Positions 22,001 through 29,540 of a stretch of DNA of 64,000 nt are shown here, piece after piece. Each line of letters begins with the position of its first letter. Within the stretch, counting starts at the first letter, position 1. This DNA is from a virus. Lineage: Duplodnaviria > Caudoviricetes. The position numbers and the translations under genes are program-made. The notes beneath the pieces were generated by a model. That model had not been told where the DNA came from, ran no database searches, and saw only the letters and a list, made by a program, of their open reading frames with translations. The stretch spans positions 2,518 through 66,517 of IMG/VR virus record IMGVR_UViG_3300044831_000007; one strand, given 5' to 3'.

Positions 22001-22929
22001 CTGACTATAAGCGCCGCGAGGATTGGGAGCGGGATAACTTCTGGTGGTTCAAGTTCGGCGGGGTCGGCTACTCGATTCCGAAGCCGTTTGAAATCGGCGC
22101 GATCGGGACGGCCGCAGAACGGCTGTGGCAGACGATGGACTCCAGCAACCATGAGATGACGGCTGGCCGTTTGAGCAACAATCTCCTGAGCCTGTTGGGC
22201 AGTCAGTTCTCACTCAATCCTACGCCGCAGATTGTGAAGCCGTTTAAGGACATCTACGCGAACCGCGATAGCTTCACCGATCGACCGATCGAAAGCATGG
22301 CGATGCAAAAGCTCCAGCCGGAAGATCGCTATGATCCGCGCAGCACTTCAGCAATCGCGCGGGGCTTGGGCAAGCTGCCGTTGCCGGACCCGACACAGCT
22401 CCTGCAAAACCACTGGCAGCGGCTCTCGCCAGTTCAATACGACGCGCTGCTCAAGGGCTACTTCGGTGGTCTGGGGCAGATGATTATTGATGTGGCGGAT
22501 CATGCGCTGAAGCCGAGCTTGGGCATGCCGGCGGCACGGCCGTGGGACCTGGGCAATTACACGATGGGCATTGCACAGAGTCTCCCGGCGAACCGCAGTA
22601 GCCGTTACATGACCGACCTTTACGACCAGATGCGCGAGGTGGAGCAAGCGCACAACTCGTGGAAGCAGGCCATGGCAACGGGCGACTACGCCAAGGCGCG
22701 GCAAGAGCTGCAAGATAACCGGCAGCTCATCACGCAGTATTCGATGCTTGAAGCTGCGAAGCGCATGGAGTCGCGTATGAATCTGCAAGAAAAGCGCGTC
22801 GCCAATAGCCTCACGATGACGGCGAGCCAGAAGCAGGACCGTATGCAGATGCTTAACGAGCAACGCAACAAAATCGCCGAACGGATGATGTCGAATGTTC
22901 GGCGACGTAGCCAGCAGCAACCGCAGTAA
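13015..22929 (+). CDS. Giant polyvalent internal virion protein (3304 aa): metallopeptidase, GNAT, LPD23-like, second HExxH, two ART-like domains, LPD38-like C-terminus
   Basis: AAGGA RBS, ATG 13015. HEIAH at 16216; VEVDPKYRRQGIA at 17011; KETGWFKSRVDDKWRHEIDDS near 17800; HELQH at 18121; VHGTT at 19210 and VYHGTS...FGQGVYTT at 19834; REDWERDNFWWF...IPKPFEIG near 22010-22100. Confidence 0.85.
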   Translation: MASQNPDYVEPLPPLPPGGVVDDGSMLNVSAQAGAQRAASSTNNAELLEQALNAPDQKPPVPQAPAEPALPPPQLGADNGFEGPAKLPPPQDEAHNPFMQPEPTVLGEAWKGVKHAPIGLEKGFGGALDYAGKAFKSGGFQQLGQFLLSDAASREDLTNTPDASAGFIKGAAGGMGEGLHQLAMTTGAGALIGGAMAGPPGAVVGGVIGTAVALPAFFGMAAHEGYKLNYDAAIKAGKTPDEANDIGLKAGGADGTIMAGAQALLSALPLGKLASPVLEAAGGAVKGALVESMLSTGWRKIGTQVVTHAGEMGGVMAGQDAAIQGVDISYGGRDSFDPMETAQAGATGLGMGLVTGSIGAARSARHANQTAGLLADPSADQNARGQAAFGIAAVLKARDPELAKNFLQYSGMQILNGKPVEIMPDKAYARAAFDAVMKSDVPLLPAPAMSTAPNVSGVLDIVDQKKSLDDSIASAEDFVNTGMKGTQDQIDAANASLDTARAAYAAEAEQAKAAMDQQAAQAQQQGEGAPVEGAPVAPVEGAQAAPVDAVQGEAAPVGQEATVAPATPAETVAPAAPLAPPSPTAQADAQRTGAIMQSNPRNVTTSQLATIAEHHSDSAVRAQAADLLAQRKNGQAFASPDAKGRVVSWLADQENGQTVTRVTRQMPDGSFEKTSAYADGTSKVEQVPAAEFSAKRAEPAMGEAPAKPDTVDTVDTSAAAVRAKLKSDPAFKAAWKENNEPHPESGVAGQLLRGWLDAEAGKPMDRAQVSPITPDMKPDGLNPVDSYQGGYLSKSKGKPFQVRAMDRSVQDENGKWISPEASIDKAVAEGRDTVTEHKEADGTWWELSGGEGTPRGFNNAHDAAYAREAIERAKGKPSAEATQAQGALDTGAKHAEPAVKAEPIGEKPAEPVVQAEPIGEKTAEPAVKAEPVVQAEPIAAKPAEPVAETPKSDVHPELVDLKGALDREAQANGQTAAPHIVLVDPATLPDKPVAVNNGVKNATTLSKARYKLVQKVAAMFGQKVVLFRAGDAARAGELDDGMVLSHDGKTVYLNADASGADHMVIVGHEIAHQMKKNAPALYRQLGDALRTQFKGDAARRFYRYYNAIPEGQGQRSTSRDVTTGKGKKKQTTNVWTETKEPGRSDASIDRALQNEKTHDRMVGEFIADLFGNRFAESRTWTKMFRDLGGNENTNKGLVYRIADFITSFIDRLMEHAPFRKFATDGMVRDLKSVQTNVRQALKEYAQMNNSSGLAHDADQMRARMENKRARADKAEGFNGTKEPMEQYLVSAKGVPFVMRRAFRGKYEMFIGDQKIGSVSYHATPMGEWKASGVEVDPKYRRQGIASAAYDFLEKKVINDKFTQLGGQSEDGRAFREGRDQNKADAEAFNRSNAAKERDARESQVDPANDDLRTAISKLGGLNKADVKSQWGSDSDAQHGRRWLVSPNGLSIEAMSQKLHELGYLHDTENLHNELATKFESGKSHYTPEGEENQARLAWEDHQESEKERAAIQDEGSAPVDETPEDDSIPFSKRRGDVLASKPRASAEPEDAAGRGRVKMRGPGDKPSIYGGESAASIRPERLEGAKARIAAGDDPEAVRKETGWFKSRVDDKWRHEIDDSRAKLTKPWDQVEEEGYPSKIHKMSDVLDHPELYHAYPEARDIPVTKKGANYDWFGNTQGWFNPENGRLNVTPYAKDPLSVMLHELQHWVQGKEGFDSGGNVESSRLDNSVNLAKLESRLHDRIAALGDATDVKSGFQGTQLENLAKSLGKLREQMPENREAYKRMDAADAHLAELEQQKKAVSAKYDQKQADAKVEYAAYEKARDAYRKEKLRLKLDTIVSSATDAHRKAYEDFIAQGEPKEVPWPGRDWSGEAAENDAIGKQVNAERDAKKEAEKSVGQGIAGLNDLKHGLYQLIAGEREARDTQARQGMDVFARRDTAPYSAESIRDSQVIRSQGDISASTRRGEQDPEVTRQIKRLRGQLETAEDRGYDPGFFASKIDDLIEADQLVSRIPRSKWDAEQERFYKASAAAGNDVDRGIYHAAAEELGRRIAATRTAADIPRDLVHGTTKEGAEAIRKAGGFKPGDGTRAYSYSELGPDASYFTVDGGHWLNVELGDRKAIYDAKLHARLSPDANIVHIRNDADVRALAKKLGYHGEDAEYDLGRDFFVDGFHDGPESKAQMEKLYAPLRAKLKAAGIDGIYVDKHYTPDAGYNGPSIGGHFASDQVAVFNHDKIALKGDAPGISASKRRSEAFNDWFGESKVTDEEGNPKTVYHGTSKGGFDQFDAYGSNHGLFGQGVYTTESRDVAQNYTKKGRGSEPQVYPLHARIEHPIDMDARADRAAWEKGFPAVDFDSYAPHSATNEGFYRAAEDHFIDEGLPKWEGAEAMQEGLRGMGHDGITHMGGGRVDAEGERHRVHIAFDPEQVKSATENSGEFNREDANIYASKRRAQGLGELTKDQETELEKVGGIISKPGIKQRVASKLDGLGLRLEQNIAHRYAPIRAISELGFKQARQARGSDGGLEAIMQYGKLSVDKDGAYDTKIDEKNPYAKGFAAALAKLDGEHNRFFWWIAAHRAEDLAKLSLENNFDKDSIRVLKGLDKPNADGTAADRPQKFQEALKAYNDFNDNVLAIAEKSGLINAATRAMFKLHMYVPFFRVAEETGDIAGPRNVSGLVNQFAFHKLGGGTDKLNSDLLANVLQNWSHLLGASARNRAARTTLDAAQGLGAAHKIPSGLAGKNSVKVMVNGEKQHWTVTNKPLYGAVSAMYAEVPKWMKPLSTFKHALTFGVTVMPGFKYRNVIRDTITTAGISEASNPFKTLVEGWEGTNHGSQTRASMLASGAIIRFGNLAKEGSAQATHRLIRTMIDPKTVLDSPGKLKQVGDKLAKAFDAYQELGDRSENINRAGLYKQLRAKGFSHMDASFAARDLLDFSDGGTHAAIQFLVQSVPFMNARIQGLFKLGQAAMDPKTRKQFLVTAGAVSLASLALMLRYQNDPDYKRREDWERDNFWWFKFGGVGYSIPKPFEIGAIGTAAERLWQTMDSSNHEMTAGRLSNNLLSLLGSQFSLNPTPQIVKPFKDIYANRDSFTDRPIESMAMQKLQPEDRYDPRSTSAIARGLGKLPLPDPTQLLQNHWQRLSPVQYDALLKGYFGGLGQMIIDVADHALKPSLGMPAARPWDLGNYTMGIAQSLPANRSSRYMTDLYDQMREVEQAHNSWKQAMATGDYAKARQELQDNRQLITQYSMLEAAKRMESRMNLQEKRVANSLTMTASQKQDRMQMLNEQRNKIAERMMSNVRRRSQQQPQ

Positions 22930-22945
22930 GGGATAAGGCAATGGC

Positions 22946-24559
22946 TCACGCGGCGAGAGAAATTTCGCCGTTCAGCCATTGCCGAATCCAACGCCTTGCA
23001 CCGGACACCGCTCCGTTGATCTTGATAAAAGGAACAGGGCACTTCAATCCAGCCGCTTTAACATCCAAGCCAACATGGTCGAGCATGGCGATAACCACGT
23101 CTGCACGATTGGCTGCGGACAGCATATTGGCACCGGCGTTTCCGCCGTTCATGCCTCCCGCCTGAGTCTTGATAAGTTCAAGCTCGGCGACCCCAAAAAA
23201 TCCCTTCTTCAGTTCATCAAATTGCTGGTAGGTCAATCCGACTACCACGACTTTCGGCATGTGATCCTTCGGCGCCAGTGTCAGGCTATGCGCGTCTGTG
23301 GGCACATGCGCCCCTTGCGCGAGCTGGACTACCTGCGGTGCTGCTTGCGCTTTCGGGATCGCCTCGATCGCGGCCAACAGCTCGGCCTTCAGTTCCGTGT
23401 GAACCATCGTCTTCATGTCCGCGCGAATCTCCGCGATCATGCTGCCCATAAAATCGCCCATGACCTTCTTCGCCAGCGCACCGATCAATAGACCATAGGG
23501 CGCGGCGTCGAGCGTCTTCGAGACTTCGGTGGCGACGGCCGCGCTGAATGCTTCAGTCTGCGCGCGGGTGCGGATGGCCTCCGCTTCGGTACGCTTACGC
23601 ATCTCTTCAATGTCATGCGTCGCCTGCTCGTGCGCCCGCGCTTCAAGGGCCTCGCGCTCGATGCGCTCTGCCTCGGCCGCTTGCATGCGTTCTTCAGCTT
23701 CACGGGCCTCCCGTTCCTCCAGTGCCTTGCGCGCCATGTTGCGCTTCACTACCGGGATCAGCTCGATGGCGCGGTCGATGACGGTCTGGCATTTGTGCGC
23801 GGCGTTCAGATCGCGGCGGCGGTCCTCTTCCAATACCGCGATCTGCGCCTGCCGCACCGCGTTCAAATCGCTCAGATTACCTTCGATGTCGGTGGCCAGA
23901 AGGCGCGCGGTTTCGAGTGCGACCTTTTCAATCTCGTCGGGTTTCCAGAAGACTTTTCTTGCCACTTTCGCCATGGCCTCCACCTGCTCCGTGGGAATCT
24001 TTTCAAGGAGCGGCACGGCAGTCGGTTCGGGCTCGGGTTCCGGCTCCGTTTGAGCCTCGACTGTGGGGGTTTCCAGCAACTCGGGAGCTTCGGCTTCCTT
24101 CACGGCAGCGGTCAAAGCCTCGGCCATGGCAGTCGGCTCGGTGGGCTCGGTGGGCTCGACAGTCGGGGGCGTGACTTGTTCGGGGGCTTCGGCTAGGGCG
24201 CGCAGACGCGCGACAACGCTGCGATTTTCTGAGAGTAGCTGTTGGCCCCTCTCTTCGTCCAAGCGGGTCCAATGCGGTATGACCCAATGCGTGACATTGG
24301 GGTAGACAATTTTCTTTTGCCGGTCTGCGGGAAGGTTTTGTTCAGCAGCGCGTTGGAGCGCTATTTCGCGGCTTATGTCTGGGGCATCTTTGTAGATTTG
24401 ATACGCGGCCTCGGCGATAAGCTTCCTCTCTTCCTCGGTGAAAACCACTGTCGGTGTGGCCTCTGACTTCCCCGGCTCCAGCAACTTGCGTGTCGGTGGT
24501 GGCGGGGCATTCCGGGCTTTTGCCCGCTTGGCGATTGCTTGGTATGGATGGCTGGACAT
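22946..24559 (-). CDS. Hypothetical coiled-coil protein with DUF2325-like C-terminal domain (537 aa)
   Basis: Long ORF; C-terminal KVVVVGL...AANRADVVIAMLDHVG...PFIKING resembles DUF2325. Confidence 0.6.
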   Translation of the reverse strand: MSSHPYQAIAKRAKARNAPPPPTRKLLEPGKSEATPTVVFTEEERKLIAEAAYQIYKDAPDISREIALQRAAEQNLPADRQKKIVYPNVTHWVIPHWTRLDEERGQQLLSENRSVVARLRALAEAPEQVTPPTVEPTEPTEPTAMAEALTAAVKEAEAPELLETPTVEAQTEPEPEPEPTAVPLLEKIPTEQVEAMAKVARKVFWKPDEIEKVALETARLLATDIEGNLSDLNAVRQAQIAVLEEDRRRDLNAAHKCQTVIDRAIELIPVVKRNMARKALEEREAREAEERMQAAEAERIEREALEARAHEQATHDIEEMRKRTEAEAIRTRAQTEAFSAAVATEVSKTLDAAPYGLLIGALAKKVMGDFMGSMIAEIRADMKTMVHTELKAELLAAIEAIPKAQAAPQVVQLAQGAHVPTDAHSLTLAPKDHMPKVVVVGLTYQQFDELKKGFFGVAELELIKTQAGGMNGGNAGANMLSAANRADVVIAMLDHVGLDVKAAGLKCPVPFIKINGAVSGARRWIRQWLNGEISLAA

Positions 24560-24572
24560 CTCTCGGACTCCG

Positions 24573-26669
24573 TTACTTTTGATAGAACATCAAATCGGCG
24601 CCGTCCGCTGCGAGCGGAAGGCCAGGAAATGCTTTTTGCGGCTCACACATCAGGTTCTCGACGTAGATCACGCCTTCTGATTTCTTCTTGTTCATCGCGC
24701 TCGGCTGCGCTTTCCAGTCAAGCGGCACTTCGATGACTGCTTCGTCGTGAACACTGAACACGATGGGCAGACCCTGCTTATCCATCTTAAGCAAAGGTAC
24801 AGTGAGGACATCAACGCCATTGGCTTGGTTGCGGTTCTGGAAGATTCGTCCACCATACGTTTTGATGGCTTTCCACTGGTGGGTGTACTGGTCGATGCCG
24901 TCGAAGATAATCGAATCGCGGCCGTGCTTATCATCGTAAATGATATGCGCATTAGGATAGACAATTTTCCGGCCAGACGGAAGGACTTGGAACAGCGTGT
25001 TATTAAAGTATTCGAAGCCATAACGCTCCTCACGCACCACACGCTTGCCCTTGATTGCTTCCATCGCATTGTCTTGGGTGCGATACCAGTTATTCACAAT
25101 TTTCGGGCTGGCCTTGCGCCAGAGCTTCACCGCCGGCACCAGCTCGCACTCCTGCATGGCGTTCGTACCAACGAGCGCGCCCATGTTAATCATGGCATTC
25201 ACAGCCCCTTGATATGACATCGAAAGCTCGCATATTTTTCCTTTCTGCCGCAGCTCGACGCGTGGCCCGCCTTTTTTAATCAGCTCCATGGGCACGCGGA
25301 ACATCCTCGACGCCGATGCCTCATAGATGAGCCCGTGCGTCCTGAACACTTCCAGGCGCCATTCCTCTTGCGCATCCCAGGCCGCGAGCCGCGCTTCGAT
25401 CGCGCTGAAGTCCACGGAAATGAAGCGATGCCCCGGCTTAGGCACAAAAGCAGTGCGAATCAATTCTGACAATACTTGCAGAATGCCTTCGCCGAACAAC
25501 AGCTTCAACGTGGCCAAGTCGCCGCCCTTCACCAGCTCGCGGCACAACTCCAGATCGACCAAATGGTTTTGCGGCAGGTTTTGCACCTGCACAATTCTTC
25601 CCGCCCAACGCCCGGTACGTGCGGCGCCATAAAATTGGAGCAAGCCACGGATACGGCCGTCGCGGCACACGGAGCGCTGCATCGCCCGGTACTTCGAGAC
25701 TGACGACTTGGCCATGAGCTGGCGCAGCTTCAGCACTCGCAGCGCCGTGGGAGACCTTATCGTGCCCAACAGCTCAATCACGGTCTTCTTGCGAAGGTCC
25801 GTGATCTTGGCCTCGACATCCAGTTCTTCGTTGCCTTCAGACGCGAACAGTGCGCGCTGCTTGTCCTCTTCTTCCTCTGCGTCGTTCAGCCACGTAATGA
25901 GCTGCTGGACACTGTTCGGGTTCGACAGCCCCGTGATCTGCCGCGCTTCTTCGATCAGCTCTGCCTTGATGTGATCATTAATGCGAATCGCGTTCTCGAT
26001 CAGCACCATGTCCACGGCCACGCCGCGATCGTTGATCCGCTGGTCCATCGCCCACGCCGGCCACAAACACGGCTGGTCATACTTCGCGAGGCGCGTGTAC
26101 AGCCCGCGTTCGGCTTCAACGTCCCGCTTGCAATATTCTTTGAATCCACCCCATTCCTCGGGGAAGTGGTGGGGCAGATTACGGGTCCTGTAGTTGTGCT
26201 TCTTCAGCGGCTTCTTGATCGGTTTGCAAAACAGCTTGATGCCGTTCTTACCTATCTCGCTCATCTTCTGAATCGGCATGTTCAGGACCTTCGCCTGCAT
26301 GGCGAGGGAACCCGGCAAGCCAAGCGATGCGCCTAGCACCATCGTGCAGCGCCACTGCTCGGGATCACAGTAGATACCGAAGTGGGTGTAGTACGCCTGT
26401 CTCTCGAATGCTGCGTTATAGGCTCTCTTGATGACACCAGGGTCCAGCAGGCCATCGATGAATTCCTGTGGTACTGCTTCACCGCTCAGCACGTCGATCA
26501 GCGTGACGGGATCGTTGTCGAAGGCATAGCCCAGCAAAATGATCTGCGCGTCCGGCTCATCCCAGTAGCGATAGAGTCCGACTTTGCGAAGGTCCGCTGA
26601 ACTGTAGGTCTCCGTGTCAGAGAAAAGCGTGCGTTCTTTGAAGACGAAAAGCATGGAACCCCGGAGCAT
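24573..26669 (-). CDS. polA: Family A DNA polymerase with 3'-5' exonuclease (alternative start 26654)
   Basis: ExoI DTETYS; motif A ISVDFSAIEARL; motif B RQKGKICELSMSYQG; motif C SVHDEAV. Confidence 0.92.
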   Translation of the reverse strand: MLRGSMLFVFKERTLFSDTETYSSADLRKVGLYRYWDEPDAQIILLGYAFDNDPVTLIDVLSGEAVPQEFIDGLLDPGVIKRAYNAAFERQAYYTHFGIYCDPEQWRCTMVLGASLGLPGSLAMQAKVLNMPIQKMSEIGKNGIKLFCKPIKKPLKKHNYRTRNLPHHFPEEWGGFKEYCKRDVEAERGLYTRLAKYDQPCLWPAWAMDQRINDRGVAVDMVLIENAIRINDHIKAELIEEARQITGLSNPNSVQQLITWLNDAEEEEDKQRALFASEGNEELDVEAKITDLRKKTVIELLGTIRSPTALRVLKLRQLMAKSSVSKYRAMQRSVCRDGRIRGLLQFYGAARTGRWAGRIVQVQNLPQNHLVDLELCRELVKGGDLATLKLLFGEGILQVLSELIRTAFVPKPGHRFISVDFSAIEARLAAWDAQEEWRLEVFRTHGLIYEASASRMFRVPMELIKKGGPRVELRQKGKICELSMSYQGAVNAMINMGALVGTNAMQECELVPAVKLWRKASPKIVNNWYRTQDNAMEAIKGKRVVREERYGFEYFNNTLFQVLPSGRKIVYPNAHIIYDDKHGRDSIIFDGIDQYTHQWKAIKTYGGRIFQNRNQANGVDVLTVPLLKMDKQGLPIVFSVHDEAVIEVPLDWKAQPSAMNKKKSEGVIYVENLMCEPQKAFPGLPLAADGADLMFYQK

Positions 26670-26808
26670 CGGTGTCGTTTAGCGATTGCGGCGGGGTCCA
26701 GTCGCCGGCGTGTGCTTCTACTGCCCAAAAGGTGTTTCAAGGGAGAAACATTACAGGATTAACAGAACGGTGGGGGAACTTTCCTTAACAGCTTAAGTAG
26801 AACGCTGC

Positions 26809-26839
26809 AAAAAGCCCTGCCGGTCATAAACCGGCAGGG
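26809..26839 (-). terminator. Rho-independent terminator between the hns-like gene and polA
   Basis: ccctgccggt-cataa-accggcaggg perfect 10-bp stem with a U-tract on the minus strand. Confidence 0.8.
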
Positions 26840-27046
26840 AAAGGCCTGGTGCAACCAGCGAGAGGGCCACGCTGCACCCGTCAGTCGGGGGGAAGACCGG
26901 CTGACGCCTGAAGTTTAAGGCCTGCCTCGGGCTTTCGTCTATGGCGTTATGTTAAGTAAATGGAACAGTTTTGTAACGCTAAGTAAGGATTTCCCTACCC
27001 GACGCTGGCTCACAGCAGCTATTACCGCTGACGCGTTAACGGTGGC

Positions 27047-27469
27047 TTACTGCGCCGTAAGGATCAAGAACTTATCGCGGTTCTTAGCGTCCTTGATCCA
27101 GCCCGGTGCATGGCCCATGCCGCTCCATGTCGCGCCGGTCTCAGGGTCCGCGTACTTCGCCGGCCGCGTGCCCTTATTCGTGGGCGCCGTCACGCCGTTG
27201 GCTGCGCCGTTGGTTTTCGCCTTGGCTTTCGGCTTGGCCTTGCCTGCGACGGCAGCTTTGATAGCCTTGGCCGTATATTTCTCGGGGAGTGGCTTTTTGG
27301 CGGGCTTGATAGTCACCTGACCATCGATCAAGTCTGCCGCTGTCACGCCGTACTCGGCCATGATGAGCTTGATCTGCGCCGCAGCGTGCTCGCGCAGCTC
27401 CGCGCGGGCAGTGTCTACCTTGGCCGTCAGCTCAGCTAATTGTTGCTCTAGGTCTGTCAGTGTCGTCAT
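27047..27469 (-). CDS. hns: H-NS-family nucleoid-associated protein (140 aa)
   Basis: N-terminal coiled coil; C-terminal PAKYADPETGATWSGMGHAPGWI, the H-NS DNA-binding motif; GAGG RBS. Confidence 0.88.
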   Translation of the reverse strand: MTTLTDLEQQLAELTAKVDTARAELREHAAAQIKLIMAEYGVTAADLIDGQVTIKPAKKPLPEKYTAKAIKAAVAGKAKPKAKAKTNGAANGVTAPTNKGTRPAKYADPETGATWSGMGHAPGWIKDAKNRDKFLILTAQ

Positions 27470-27648
27470 GCGGTCCTCTTGTGGTGTTGCGGTTGGTAAA
27501 GGCGCCTAGCAGGGGGCACGGCGAGGCATGTACCGCTACGTTGCAGGCACCAACTAACGCGCACTGAGCGGGGGCGATTCGCCCGCACCGTATGAGAGTT
27601 GTAGCCCCATGCCCTTTGTTAGTCGTCCTCAATTTTACATAACTAATG

Positions 27649-27834
27649 TTATCGAACTTTTTCGGCGTACTCCGTTGTCACGGTTATCTCGCCATATTGC
27701 GGATGATCGTAGACTCCAATGTACTCATCGCGAACCTTCACCAGCAGCTCGAATTCTGTGCCGGCAGGAACCGTCACGTCCGCGTCGTAAGCCGCCATGT
27801 ACACCAGATAAGGCTCTGTCAGTTTGGCTAGCAT
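27649..27834 (-). CDS. Hypothetical protein (61 aa)
   Basis: ATG 27834 abuts the previous stop; part of a tightly packed leftward operon. Confidence 0.55.
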   Translation of the reverse strand: MLAKLTEPYLVYMAAYDADVTVPAGTEFELLVKVRDEYIGVYDHPQYGEITVTTEYAEKVR

Positions 27835-27835
27835 G

Positions 27836-28093
27836 CTATCGCTTGCCGTGCAGGATGAAAACGCCCGGTGCCAGCGGCGTGATGTGCTCGTCATATTCGA
27901 TCGTGACGCGCACGCTTCTGCCGATCAGGGCATCAAAGTCCGGGTGCTCCTTCGCATCGCTCCAGCTTTGAATCCGCACGAACAAGCCCTCGTCCGTGTC
28001 GTCGCCGTCGATCTGGATAATCTTCGCGCATCCACCATCCTCCGTGTTCACGTCATCAGACGTAATCGTTTGCTCAAACGTGAATGTTTTCAT
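27836..28093 (-). CDS. Hypothetical protein (85 aa)
   Basis: ATGA coupling to the upstream gene. Confidence 0.7.
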   Translation of the reverse strand: MKTFTFEQTITSDDVNTEDGGCAKIIQIDGDDTDEGLFVRIQSWSDAKEHPDFDALIGRSVRVTIEYDEHITPLAPGVFILHGKR

Positions 28094-28356
28094 AATTCAG
28101 AGCCCTCAAGCATGCCTTCCGGTGGCCATGGCAAGCCGCGATACCGCGTCAGCCCGTGCTGCTCAAGCCAGTCCCGGCTTTCGTGCCTGTAGCTGTCGGG
28201 AATGCCCGTGCATTCATAGCGTGCCTTGTGGATCGATGCCAGCAAGACTTCCTCGCTAGATGGCTGCGGGCCATCTACCGCTAAATTGATTCGCCGAAAG
28301 TAGGCTAAATCCATTGCCATATACGCGCGGTTGCGCGCTTTAACAGCCTTGTTCAT
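28090..28356 (-). CDS. Hypothetical protein (88 aa)
   Basis: ATG 28356 forms an ATGA overlap with the upstream stop. Confidence 0.65.
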   Translation of the reverse strand: MNKAVKARNRAYMAMDLAYFRRINLAVDGPQPSSEEVLLASIHKARYECTGIPDSYRHESRDWLEQHGLTRYRGLPWPPEGMLEGSEL

Positions 28357-28622
28357 TTCGGGTCGTCTCCGTCGCGCCATGTGCGGCACTCGACAAGCCG
28401 CCTGTTATCGGTCCAGCACAAGATGCAGCAAAAATGCTCATCTCGGACAAGGCCCCCGGCCTCGTCGTCGCTGTACTCACAGACAGGGCACTGGAAGTGC
28501 CACCAGCCCCTTTTGTCCAGCTCGGCCAGCTCGCTAGTCATCCTAGCGAGCCGATCCTTGCGCATCTCGATATCGTCTTCGAGCGCGTCGATTTCCGCCA
28601 GCAGCCTTTCACGCTCGGTCAT
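28353..28622 (-). CDS. Small coiled-coil plus zinc-ribbon protein (89 aa)
   Basis: CPVC...CILC motifs. Confidence 0.7.
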   Translation of the reverse strand: MTERERLLAEIDALEDDIEMRKDRLARMTSELAELDKRGWWHFQCPVCEYSDDEAGGLVRDEHFCCILCWTDNRRLVECRTWRDGDDPK

Positions 28623-28821
28623 GCGCCTTCGCCTGCATGTCGGCCACGCGCTGCAACGCCGCCACGCTTTCGCGAAGCTTCACGCCAAGTGCTTCACCGC
28701 GCGCCATGATGGCGTCAAGCGCCTGTATCTCGTTTTGCAGCTCCGTTGTAGCGCGCACAAAGTCGTGCTGCGCATCAGAGATGTCGTACACCAGCTCGGC
28801 TCGCATTTCAGGCGTCATCAT
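28609..28821 (-). CDS. Hypothetical coiled-coil protein (70 aa)
   Basis: Operon packing; helical composition. Confidence 0.6.
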   Translation of the reverse strand: MMTPEMRAELVYDISDAQHDFVRATTELQNEIQALDAIMARGEALGVKLRESVAALQRVADMQAKAHDRA

Positions 28822-29077
28822 GTGAACTCCTTGTCAGGCGCCGCACCAGCGTGCCCTGTATCCGGTCGTGTTCGTGTTGCTGCTCGGCCGCGCGATCAAG
28901 CACGACTTGGCTTAGTTCTCGCGTGCGTTGCTCGGTCATCGCCAGTTGATGGCCTTCCTCCACGCCGTGCTTATACGCCAGATACACCGCGTCGTATATC
29001 TTCAGATGCCCGCCGGCCCTGAGCCACTTATTCTTTTCCCCCAATAGCCAATTCCAAACCTCTGCGACGGTTTTCAT
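28808..29077 (-). CDS. Hypothetical protein (89 aa)
   Basis: ATGA coupling, GGAGG RBS. Confidence 0.65.
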   Translation of the reverse strand: MKTVAEVWNWLLGEKNKWLRAGGHLKIYDAVYLAYKHGVEEGHQLAMTEQRTRELSQVVLDRAAEQQHEHDRIQGTLVRRLTRSSHDDA

Positions 29078-29298
29078 TTCAAGCCTCCGAACTTGTGGTG
29101 AATCGGCGCTGTCGTGGCGAGAAAGGCGTCCCGCTGTACCACGCTATAGCCCCGGTCTTTGAAACCCTGCTTCCCCTTGTACGGCATGTGCTTGGCGTCT
29201 TCCAAGAGCTTCGCCCACGCTTCTTCTGCCGTGTCGGCCGGGAGCCATGTAACGAGCGTGCCTCCGGGAGTCACGGGAAACCATTTCAGGAACATCAT
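29074..29298 (-). CDS. Hypothetical protein (74 aa)
   Basis: ATGA coupling. Confidence 0.65.
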   Translation of the reverse strand: MMFLKWFPVTPGGTLVTWLPADTAEEAWAKLLEDAKHMPYKGKQGFKDRGYSVVQRDAFLATTAPIHHKFGGLK

Positions 29299-29531
29299 CG
29301 CGCCTGCTGCGCGTCGAATTCGGCCAGTTGCTCGGGCGTCATCTGCCGTTTCAGACTGTCGCGGCCGGCGGCACAGCCAAGCAGGAGCATCGCTTCGGGC
29401 AGCGCGTTGAGCTGGCAGTCCAGAAAGGCGATCTGCTTCAGGTCACTGGCGCCCTTGCGCAGCGCCTCCAGCTCGTCGCCGAACTTGCTAAGAATGCGCC
29501 CTGCCGCGAGGCAGATTTCAGCGTCGGTCAT
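29295..29531 (-). CDS. Hypothetical protein (78 aa)
   Basis: AGGAG RBS. Confidence 0.65.
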   Translation of the reverse strand: MTDAEICLAAGRILSKFGDELEALRKGASDLKQIAFLDCQLNALPEAMLLLGCAAGRDSLKRQMTPEQLAEFDAQQAR

Positions 29532-29540
29532 TTTTGTCTC

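Noticed and set aside
2853-22341. Long antisense ORFs (2853-5252, 8237-10036, 10024-11808, 15886-18714, 19666-21594 and similar)
   Set aside because: Shadow frames of GC-rich coding genes; Arg/His-rich, with no RBS or recognisable motifs.
26860-26940. Hairpin cluster downstream of hns as an ncRNA
   Set aside because: Only short stems with wobble pairs, no covarying copy and no known motif; insufficient support beyond the terminator at 26809.
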